The translations under genes and the position numbers were made by a program. Below are positions 1 through 6,757 of a DNA stretch of 11,528 bases, in pieces. The stretch is from positions 1 to 11,528 of the forward strand of contig DAOPNM010000012.1 of NCBI GenBank assembly GCA_035357435.1. The letters run 5' to 3'. Positions within the stretch are counted from its first letter, which is position 1, and each line of letters opens with the position of its first letter. Source of the DNA: an archaeon (GTDB lineage Archaea; Iainarchaeota; Iainarchaeia; Iainarchaeales; CSSED10-239). The notes beneath the pieces are model-generated. The model did not search any database. It was not told where the DNA came from and worked only from the letters and a program-made list of their open reading frames with translations.

Positions 1-1
1 A

Positions 2-601
2 ATAGATACTAATCAATCTTTTGATGAATTTTTAAAAGATTATAATGAGATCATAAAAGATTATGAAAATTTACCAGAATTAGGAATTAAAAACAAAATA
101 TTAATTAACAATTTTATTCCAGATATCTATTTACAAAGCATTATAAATTATCAAATAATTGATAGAAATATAGAAAAATGGGCAACCGATTTGGAAGTAA
201 ATAGCAATCATTATTGGTTTATAGAAATAAATGTTTTTAAAGCCCCACAAGGTAATCAAAAAATTGTTGATAAAATTAATTTAGATAAAATTCTTGATTC
301 AAAAATTAGTTTACAAAAGCAAGATGATAATTTTATATTAGTTAATGGGTCTGTTGCATATTTAATTTCTCAAAAAGATTATGCTTTAAATCAAATATAT
401 AATCCTTGTTTATTAGAGGGAACAATTTTACAAGAATCAGATCTAAATATTGTCCCATTGTCAAATAATTTAGAACAACCAAAATTTCAATCTAATTATT
501 GGTTATGGGTATTTTTAATGATTATTATTGCAATTGCTTTTTTATATATTGTTTTAAATAAAAAAAAGAAGAATATTAATTATTCTAATAAAAAGTATTA
601 A
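2..601 (+). CDS. Hypothetical protein, 5'-truncated by the window edge, with a C-terminal transmembrane anchor (probable surface-exposed tail-anchored protein)
   Basis: The frame of the 191..601 ORF stays open back to nt 2; I read every codon and found no stop. The TTG at 191 is therefore probably not the real start. The C-terminus has one hydrophobic helix (YWLWVFLMIIIAIAFLYIVL) followed by a basic tail (NKKKKNINYSNKKY). I recognise no family. Confidence 0.5.
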   Translation: MDTNQSFDEFLKDYNEIIKDYENLPELGIKNKILINNFIPDIYLQSIINYQIIDRNIEKWATDLEVNSNHYWFIEINVFKAPQGNQKIVDKINLDKILDSKISLQKQDDNFILVNGSVAYLISQKDYALNQIYNPCLLEGTILQESDLNIVPLSNNLEQPKFQSNYWLWVFLMIIIAIAFLYIVLNKKKKNINYSNKKY

Positions 602-631
602 AAAATAAATTTAAAAAAGAGAAAAAAGAAA

Positions 632-1114
632 TTAACCCGAAATAATAAATGGTTTCTTTTCTTTAGGTGCACTTTCTGGTAAAGGTATTCCTTGTGTTTT
701 AGAGGCAACATCTTCTAATGCATATTCTAATTTTTGTATAATTTTAAAAACAAATTTACATTCTCCATCTGCAAATCCTTTAAGTAGAATACCATTTGTT
801 ACATGTAATGGATCCATATATAAAGAAATATTTATGTCCCCTACATAATCATTATTTACTTTATTAAATTCACCATATACTGATTTTATTATCATAGATG
901 CATCATATGTTCTTTGTCTTATGGAGCCTGCTCTTGTTATAGATAATCTTGTATTTTTTAATTTTCCTTCTGCTGATATTAATACAGCTTTTTTAACATC
1001 TCTTTCTTTAAATGCTTTTTCTATAGACGATATAACTTCTTCTTCATCATCTAAAATGATTGTTAAATAATTATCATTTTTAGAACTGACATCTGCAATT
1101 GCACCTTTAATCAT
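632..1114 (-). CDS. PPC/DUF296-like protein (putative AT-rich DNA-binding fold); function uncertain
   Basis: This is a 160 aa ORF with an SD-like GGTGAG 3 nt upstream of the ATG (minus strand, plus-strand coordinates 1118-1123). Its layout resembles PPC (DUF296) domains: an N-terminal beta strand, an acidic helix (DDEEEVISSIEKAFKERDVKKAVLISAEG), then a His-containing strand (DPLHVTNGILLKG). The assignment is by eye only. Confidence 0.5.
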   Translation of the reverse strand: MIKGAIADVSSKNDNYLTIILDDEEEVISSIEKAFKERDVKKAVLISAEGKLKNTRLSITRAGSIRQRTYDASMIIKSVYGEFNKVNNDYVGDINISLYMDPLHVTNGILLKGFADGECKFVFKIIQKLEYALEDVASKTQGIPLPESAPKEKKPFIISG

Positions 1115-1137
1115 TTTCTCACCTTATAATTTTAATT

Positions 1138-1193
1138 TTAAGATATTAGTATAATTTAATTAAGATATTAATATATAGATGGAAAGATATTTA
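1138..1193 (-). promoter_or_regulatory. Three phased direct repeats AAGATATT(A/T) in the promoter region of the PPC-like gene (candidate operator array)
   Basis: AAGATATTA occurs at 1140-1148 and at 1162-1170, and AAGATATTT at 1184-1192. The period is exactly 22 bp. Copies 1 and 2 extend to the 11-mer TTAAGATATTA. The array lies 26-78 nt upstream of the ATG at 1114 (minus strand) and is interleaved with TATA-like sequence. Confidence 0.45.
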
Positions 1194-1219
1194 AATGAAT
1201 TTATGTAAGTTATTTATGT

Positions 1220-2152
1220 TTATTTTAAAATATTATTGATAGTCTTATTATCGATTGTTCTTTTTATAATTTCTATTAATATTTTAGTAACAGGTACCAC
1301 TTTTATTTTCTCACATTTTCTATAGGGGTTTGATATTACATAAATTTCTTTAATAAGTGACTTTTCTAAATCTGTTATAACTTTTTCATTTGTAATTCCT
1401 TGTGGTGCCAAAACAAATACATTGTTTGCACCTTTATAGGTTAAATATTTAGCGTATTCAATAATGTTTTTTCCAGTGTTTATTGTGTCTCCTACAACTA
1501 ATATATCTTTTCCACTAATATTTTCATTAATTTCAAAATTTAATTTATTGTTTGTTTTTTTGATTATTGGAAAGACAGTTTGGGCATTTATTGTTTTTGC
1601 AATGTAATTTGCTTGTATTTGTAATTCATAATCTAATGATGTAACTATTATATTTTTATTATTTGAAAAATTATTTTCTAAAACATTTGCAAAAATTGTA
1701 TTTAATGGAATGTTATATAATGGTATTCTAAGATAAAACGAAATTTTTGGGGCATATAATCCAAAAGTATAGATTCTATCAATATTTACTGTATCTAGTA
1801 GCCTGGTAAACAAATTAAAGTTTAACTTATATTCTGTTTCATATTTAATTTTGGTGTATGGTAAATATGTTGTTATCCAATATATTTTGTTTGCACCTTC
1901 TTTTCTAATGGCATCTGCTAAAAAAAGAATTTGCATTATTGATTCATTTATTGGTTGTGTTATATTGTATATTAAAAATATAGTTTTATTGTTTACAAAA
2001 CAATCTATATCTACACTTGTTTCTGTTCCATGAACTTGATGAATATGTACATCTCCTACAGGTATTCCTGTTTTTTCAGAAATAGTTAGTGCAATTGGTT
2101 TTTCTTTATTTGAAGAGATAATTAAATAGTTTTCAGAATCTTGGTTTGGCAT
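1220..2152 (-). CDS. Ribose-phosphate pyrophosphokinase (Prs)-family protein, divergent and possibly non-canonical
   Basis: The 310 aa protein is colinear by eye with archaeal Prs. Shared blocks are the N-terminal domain (IFLIYNITQPINESIMQILFLADAIRKEGANKIYWITTYLPY) and a PRPP-loop-like ILVVGDTINTGKN. However, the expected Y-A-R-Q-D-(R/K) block reads YTKIKYE, and the DD of the PRPP loop reads GD. Confidence 0.6.
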   Translation of the reverse strand: MPNQDSENYLIISSNKEKPIALTISEKTGIPVGDVHIHQVHGTETSVDIDCFVNNKTIFLIYNITQPINESIMQILFLADAIRKEGANKIYWITTYLPYTKIKYETEYKLNFNLFTRLLDTVNIDRIYTFGLYAPKISFYLRIPLYNIPLNTIFANVLENNFSNNKNIIVTSLDYELQIQANYIAKTINAQTVFPIIKKTNNKLNFEINENISGKDILVVGDTINTGKNIIEYAKYLTYKGANNVFVLAPQGITNEKVITDLEKSLIKEIYVISNPYRKCEKIKVVPVTKILIEIIKRTIDNKTINNILK

Positions 2153-2265
2153 ATGTTTATATATATAGAAAACATTTTAATTATTATTGATTTTCTGATT
2201 TTTAATATATTTTTTAAGAAATAACTTTTTATTTTTTAATTATAGATTATTTATAACTTTTTAGT

Positions 2266-2273
2266 TTTAAATA
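2266..2273 (+). promoter_or_regulatory. TATA-box-like element (TTTAAATA) upstream of the ATPase gene; suggests a leaderless or near-leaderless transcript
   Basis: TTTAAATA is centred about 26 nt upstream of the ATG at 2296, and no SD-like purine run lies between them. The AT-rich background makes chance matches common. Confidence 0.3.
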
Positions 2274-2295
2274 AATTTGTTTTTTAATTATTAAT

Positions 2296-4134
2296 ATGCA
2301 CTTGCAATTAAAACAAAATATTAAACTTGATAAACTTACACAAAATCTATTTGTTAATTGCCCATATCAGTTTCAAAATATTGATCTCCTTCAATTGTTT
2401 CCAAAAGATATATCTATAATAGATAAAAATAAAATAATTGATTCTTGTAAACAACATGCAATCTTTTTTTCTTCTAAAAATATTATATCAATAGATCAAA
2501 CAAAATGTAATGGTTGTAAGGATTGTATAAAACAGTTTCCAAATTCAGGAATTATTTTTAAAAACAATAAGGCATATATTTGTGATCTTTGTTCAAATCA
2601 ATCATTTAATATGTATTGTTATAAAAATAATAAAGATATTTTTGAATTAGTTGAAGATATTGAATCTTTTTCTAAACAAGATATTTATAATAAATATTTA
2701 GGTTACCAAATAAAACAAAATTATAAAATTCAAAGGAACTTGTCAAAAAAAGTTACAGTTGATACAAATAATGTTAAAAGATATATTTTAAATCATCCAA
2801 TTCTTTCATTACAGGAGATAGATATTATAAATAATGTTTTAGATTCATATAAACAAAAACCAAATATTCAAGATTATATAAAAGAAAGTGAAGGTGTTAA
2901 AATTAAGGAGGAACTAGAATCTGAATTAATTGATTTTTGTTATGTTAATAATTTAGAACTAGATGATGATCAATTCAATTATATTTTAGATGTTATTTTT
3001 GCTAATCTTTATAATTATGGTCCATTAAGTGAATTATTAGATGACGATTCATTAGAAGAAATATCTGTGATTGGTATAAATAAACCTATTTATGTTTATT
3101 CACGATTATATGGTTGGCTAGAAACAAATTTAGAGTATGTTTCTAGTGATATTTTAAAGGATTTAATTAATAAAATATCTTGGCATTCAAATAAATATAT
3201 TACATTAAAAAATCCATTATTAAATACTACTTTAAAAGACAATTCTAGATTAAATGCTATTGTAAATCCAATTACAGAAACCCCTTGTTTAACCATAAGA
3301 AAATTTACACAAAAACCATTTACTATTAAAGATTTATTGGAATTTAATACAATATCATTGGATGCCTTATGTTTTCTCTATTTAGTATTTTTAACAGATT
3401 CAAATGTTTTTGTTGTTGGGAATACTGGTTCTGGGAAAACAACAACTCTTAATACTCTTCTTTCTTTTATTCCTCCTTTTGAAAGATTTGTTATAGTTGA
3501 AGAAGTTAGAGAAATAAATATTTCTCAAGAACATAAGGTGTGTATGCTTGTAAATGAAGATTTAAATATAAACATGGAAGATTTAGTAATAAATACATTA
3601 AGAATGAGACCTGATAGAGTTATAATTGGAGAGGTGAGGGCAAAAGAAGAAGCAAAAGCCTTAATTGAATCTATGTTATGTGGTCAAGCAAAAGGCACAT
3701 ATACTACCTTTCATGCACAATCAGCAATGGAAGCTCTTTTAAGATTGAAATCATATGGAATAATGCCTTGTGATTTAGGTGTTGTTGATTTAATTATTAC
3801 ACAAAAGAGATATAATAAATATACAAAAGGGAAAATTTCAGATTTAAGAAATGTTACTGAAATTTGTGAGGTTGTTTATGAAGACAACAAATTATCCTTA
3901 AACAAACTTTTTGAATTTGATAATAACAAAGAGCTTTTAAAAAAAATAAGTTCTCCAAAAAAATTATTGCATAAATTTCAAGTTTCTTTTGGTATTAATT
4001 CTCAAAAAGATTTAGATATATTATTAACTAAAATAAAAAAGCAATTTCAAAATATTTTAAATGATTTTAATCCAGATTTTACAAAAATTAACATACAAAA
4101 TTTTTTAGATAAGCATATTGCTAAAAATAGATAA
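2296..4134 (+). CDS. Type II/IV secretion-family ATPase (archaeal FlaI/PilB/TadA-like filament assembly ATPase) with an extra Cys-rich N-terminal domain
   Basis: The core motifs are Walker A GNTGSGKTT (nt 3418-3444), the Asp-box region RFVIVEEVREI, Walker B RPDRVIIGEVRAKEEA and the His box TTFHAQS. The FlaI-type N-domain block SLEEISVIGINKPIYVYSRLYGWLETNL is also present. Residues 1-110 carry 8 Cys, including CNGCKDC. Confidence 0.9.
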   Translation: MHLQLKQNIKLDKLTQNLFVNCPYQFQNIDLLQLFPKDISIIDKNKIIDSCKQHAIFFSSKNIISIDQTKCNGCKDCIKQFPNSGIIFKNNKAYICDLCSNQSFNMYCYKNNKDIFELVEDIESFSKQDIYNKYLGYQIKQNYKIQRNLSKKVTVDTNNVKRYILNHPILSLQEIDIINNVLDSYKQKPNIQDYIKESEGVKIKEELESELIDFCYVNNLELDDDQFNYILDVIFANLYNYGPLSELLDDDSLEEISVIGINKPIYVYSRLYGWLETNLEYVSSDILKDLINKISWHSNKYITLKNPLLNTTLKDNSRLNAIVNPITETPCLTIRKFTQKPFTIKDLLEFNTISLDALCFLYLVFLTDSNVFVVGNTGSGKTTTLNTLLSFIPPFERFVIVEEVREINISQEHKVCMLVNEDLNINMEDLVINTLRMRPDRVIIGEVRAKEEAKALIESMLCGQAKGTYTTFHAQSAMEALLRLKSYGIMPCDLGVVDLIITQKRYNKYTKGKISDLRNVTEICEVVYEDNKLSLNKLFEFDNNKELLKKISSPKKLLHKFQVSFGINSQKDLDILLTKIKKQFQNILNDFNPDFTKINIQNFLDKHIAKNR

Positions 4135-4180
4135 AAATAGAATAACAAAAACAAAATAAATTGGCTAAATTGGGCATATT

Positions 4181-4906
4181 ATGGGAAATATTTTTACAAA
4201 AAAATTGTTAATTACTTTTTTTGTATTAGTTGCATTTATTGTTCTTATATATTTTCTTTTAATTTATAATGTTTCAGAAATTTCTGTAAATTATTTATTA
4301 TGGGCAATAGTTTTTTCTTTTATAATCTTTTTTTCAATACATTTATTTCTTATAAAAATAAATTTGCAAAATTATAAACGAAAAATTAATTATGAACTTC
4401 CATTTTTTCTTAATAATCTTGCAAATGATTTGGAGCGGAATATTCCATTTAAACTTTCTCTTCAGAACAGAATTGATGAGTCATTGTTAGGTACAAAAAT
4501 AAAACAAGCATTGTTTATGGTTGACAATTTAGGGTATACCCTAGAGGAATCCTTACTTCTGGTTTCTAAAGATAATTTTGAGCTTCAAACTATTTTTTAT
4601 CAATTAACAGATATTATGCAATCAGGTACTAAAAACAAACATTTAGTTTTGCGCACTTTGTCTGATTCATTAGTTGAAAAGCAATCAAATGATATAAAAA
4701 AATATTCTTCAAAACTAAATATGATCTCTTTAATTTACGTTGTTGTTTCTGCAATTGTTCCTGCATTGTTTTTAATGTTTTTATTGGTTGGAAGTAATTT
4801 TTTGGAAATATCATTTGCACCAATTACAATTATTTTAGTTACCGTTGTATTATTTCCATTAATTGATATGTTTTTATTATTATACATGAAAGCAAATGCT
4901 CCTTAA
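4181..4906 (+). CDS. Type IV filament membrane platform protein, single T2SSF domain (TadB/TadC/FlaJ-like), first half
   Basis: The 241 aa protein has two N-terminal TM helices, a soluble helical segment (ELPFFLNNLANDLERNIPFKLSLQNRIDES...LEESLLLVS...IFYQLTDIMQSG) typical of T2SSF domains, and then two C-terminal TM helices. It lies immediately downstream of the ATPase. Confidence 0.75.
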   Translation: MGNIFTKKLLITFFVLVAFIVLIYFLLIYNVSEISVNYLLWAIVFSFIIFFSIHLFLIKINLQNYKRKINYELPFFLNNLANDLERNIPFKLSLQNRIDESLLGTKIKQALFMVDNLGYTLEESLLLVSKDNFELQTIFYQLTDIMQSGTKNKHLVLRTLSDSLVEKQSNDIKKYSSKLNMISLIYVVVSAIVPALFLMFLLVGSNFLEISFAPITIILVTVVLFPLIDMFLLLYMKANAP

Positions 4907-5778
4907 TGAAAAGAAAAATGAAAAAAAGAGGATTTATGAAAAATATATTTGGTGTTGAGTTAAGTAGTTTATTTATCTTAAGTTTAGTTGTTTTGAACAT
5001 TTCTCTTTTAATATTAAATATTTTCATATTTAATTTGGATGTGCTTTTGTTTATTGGTATTTTAATGGTTTTAGACATATTACTTTTATTTTTTAAAAAA
5101 CTATACATTAATTATTCTTTTTCAAAACAAAAGAAAGAATTAGAAGATGGATTGGTTGATGAGCTTTTAAGATTAACAAGTTTACCAAAAAGTAATGATT
5201 TAAAATTAATTCTTGCAAAATTAGAATCTTCTAAAAATCAAATTATTTCAAAAGAATTTAAAGAAATTAATCTTAAAATAAAAAAAGGGCATAACCCAAA
5301 AGATGTATTTAATTTATTAAAAGAGAAGTATAATTCTGATGTTTTAAACAGATTTTTAGATTTAATTATTTTAAATACAACAACAGGGACTGTTTCTGTT
5401 TCTGACTATAAAAATATTGCATCTAATTTTTTAAAAACAAAACTTTTATTGGATGAAAGAAATACATTGTTATTGACCCAAAAATACACAATTATTATTG
5501 CTGGTGGTATTTTGGTACCTGGTATTTTAGGTGTTGTAATTTCTTTAGTTAAAAAATTAGGAACATCTCTTAGTTTGGAGGCAATAGGTATTTCTAATAG
5601 TTTATCATTATATCTAATAAGTTATTGGTGTTCTATTATTTATATTATAGAATATGTGATAATTTCTTCTTTCTATATTTCATTAATTGAACAAAACTCA
5701 AAAAAAACAGTTGTTTATCTTTCTTTTTTATTACCCGCAAGTTTTTTAATATTTTTTGCAGGAAGATTTATAGTGTGA
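4906..5778 (+). CDS. Type IV filament membrane platform protein, single T2SSF domain (TadB/TadC/FlaJ-like), second half
   Basis: Its ATG overlaps the upstream stop (TAATG at 4904-4908). It has the same TM / soluble T2SSF-like segment / TM architecture (LEDGLVDELLRLTSL...ISKEFKEINLKIKKGHNPKDVFNLLKEKYNSDVLNRFLDLII). Alternative in-frame ATGs exist at codons 5 and 11. Confidence 0.7.
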   Translation: MKRKMKKRGFMKNIFGVELSSLFILSLVVLNISLLILNIFIFNLDVLLFIGILMVLDILLLFFKKLYINYSFSKQKKELEDGLVDELLRLTSLPKSNDLKLILAKLESSKNQIISKEFKEINLKIKKGHNPKDVFNLLKEKYNSDVLNRFLDLIILNTTTGTVSVSDYKNIASNFLKTKLLLDERNTLLLTQKYTIIIAGGILVPGILGVVISLVKKLGTSLSLEAIGISNSLSLYLISYWCSIIYIIEYVIISSFYISLIEQNSKKTVVYLSFLLPASFLIFFAGRFIV

Positions 5779-5797
5779 TTTGTGTTTTTTAATTAAA

Positions 5798-6436
5798 ATG
5801 CAAATTTATTTTGCAAAAAAAAGAATTGAAATGATTTCAGAAATATTTACATTTTTAGCAAATTTGTTTATGCAATTAGGATATTTTGGAATATTTATAT
5901 TAATGACTTTAGAAAGTTCATTTATTCCATTTTCTTCAGAAATAGTAATGATCCCTGCAGGAATTTTAGCAGCTACAGGTAAATTAAATCTTTGGTTTGC
6001 TGTTTTTTGTGGAGTGTTAGGTTCTTTAGCTGGTGCATTAATTAATTATATTATTGGAAAATATTTAGGTAGAAATTATTTATTAAAACACCACAAATTA
6101 TTTTTTTTAAAAGAAAAACATCTTATTAAAACAGAATCTTTTTTTAAAAAATATGGAAATTTAGCAACATTTTTTGGAAGATTAGTTCCTGTTGTTAGAC
6201 AATATATTTCCCTTCCTGCAGGTTTTGCAAACATGAAGTTAGTCCCTTTTATTATTTATACATGTTTAGGTGCATTTATCTGGGTTTTATTTCTTGCATT
6301 AATTGGATTTTATATTGGTGATCAATTATTAATTAAAGGGATTTTAAATATTTATAATCTTATAATTATTGGAATTATTGTTATTGGTGTGATTTTCTTT
6401 GTAATTTGGTATCTTAAGAAAAAAAAGAATAATTAA
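5798..6436 (+). CDS. dedA: DedA-family (SNARE-associated / VTT domain) membrane protein
   Basis: The protein carries a DedA signature region (LESSFIPFSSEIVMIPAGILAATGKLNLWFAVFCGVLGSLAGALINYIIGKYLGR and FGRLVPVVRQYISLPAG). The start is ambiguous: the track uses TTG 5780, and ATGs occur at 5798 and 5831. ATG 5831 gives the most typical N-terminus. The gene begins less than 55 nt after the platform gene stop. Confidence 0.85.
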   Translation: MQIYFAKKRIEMISEIFTFLANLFMQLGYFGIFILMTLESSFIPFSSEIVMIPAGILAATGKLNLWFAVFCGVLGSLAGALINYIIGKYLGRNYLLKHHKLFFLKEKHLIKTESFFKKYGNLATFFGRLVPVVRQYISLPAGFANMKLVPFIIYTCLGAFIWVLFLALIGFYIGDQLLIKGILNIYNLIIIGIIVIGVIFFVIWYLKKKKNN

Positions 6437-6479
6437 AAAAGGTTTTGGAGTATATATTTTATAGTTTATTAACTAAAAT

Positions 6480-6551
6480 GCCCTAGTGGTCCAGCGGTTA
6501 AGATACAACCCTGTCAAGGTTGTGATACGGGTCCGACTCCCGTCTAGGGCG
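6480..6551 (+). tRNA. tRNA-Asp (anticodon GTC), 72 nt, no encoded CCA
   Basis: I folded it by hand. The acceptor stem is GCCCTAG/CTAGGGC. The D stem has a G10-U25 pair. The anticodon stem is CAACC/GGTTG with loop CTGTCAA, giving anticodon GTC. The variable loop is 4 nt, the T stem is ACGGG/CCCGT and the discriminator is G. It is followed by T-runs. Confidence 0.9.
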
Positions 6552-6578
6552 TTTACTTTTTTTGTTTAACTTTTTTTT
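6552..6578 (+). terminator. Oligo-T archaeal-type terminator after tRNA-Asp
   Basis: Runs of T7 (6557-6563) and T8 (6571-6578) lie directly downstream of the tRNA 3' end. Confidence 0.5.
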
Positions 6579-6640
6579 ATAAAAAACATGATTTCTTGGG
6601 CATTCAAAGCAAGCTTTTTAATTAATTGCAATTAAATATC

Positions 6641-6650
6641 TTTAAATATA
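6641..6650 (+). promoter_or_regulatory. TATA box (TTTAAATATA) for tRNA-Ser
   Basis: This matches the archaeal box A consensus TTTAWATA and is centred about 30 nt upstream of tRNA position 1 (6675). It is flanked by TTGCAAT motifs. Confidence 0.5.
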
Positions 6651-6674
6651 TTTGCAATCCTTATGATATATAAT

Positions 6675-6757
6675 GCAGAGGTGGCGGAGTGGTCAAACGC
6701 GTCAGCCTGCTAAGCTGAAGTCTTACGACTACATGGGTTCGAATCCCATCCTCTGCG
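6675..6757 (+). tRNA. tRNA-Ser (anticodon GCT), 83 nt, long variable arm, no encoded CCA
   Basis: The acceptor stem is GCAGAGG/CCTCTGC. The anticodon stem is TCAGC/GCTGA with loop CTGCTAA, giving anticodon GCT. The variable arm has stem AGTC/GACT. The T stem is ATGGG/CCCAT with a canonical TTCGAAT loop, and the discriminator is G. Confidence 0.92.

Noticed and set aside
1851-2033. 60-aa plus-strand ORF inside the Prs-like gene
   Set aside because: It is an antisense shadow ORF within a well-supported minus-strand CDS. It is a low-complexity hydrophobic translation with no start context.
3096-3296. 66-aa minus-strand ORF inside the ATPase gene
   Set aside because: It is an antisense shadow of a gene with unambiguous Walker motifs.
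4906-4990. Possible class III (prepilin-like) signal peptide, MKRKMKKRG/FMKNIFGVE..., at the N-terminus of the second platform protein
   Set aside because: The segment after the putative KRG cleavage site contains charged residues (K, E) before the hydrophobic stretch. The protein also continues into a T2SSF-type soluble domain and further TM helices. This is a platform-protein N-terminus, not a pilin.
4629-5108. Two minus-strand ORFs (64 and 89 aa) opposite the platform genes
   Set aside because: They are antisense shadows. They give K/N/I-rich translations typical of AT-rich non-coding frames.
6588-6635. 15-codon ORF (MISWAFKASFLINCN) between the two tRNAs
   Set aside because: It is too short, has no SD and overlaps the palindrome and promoter region. 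There is no basis to call it a gene.
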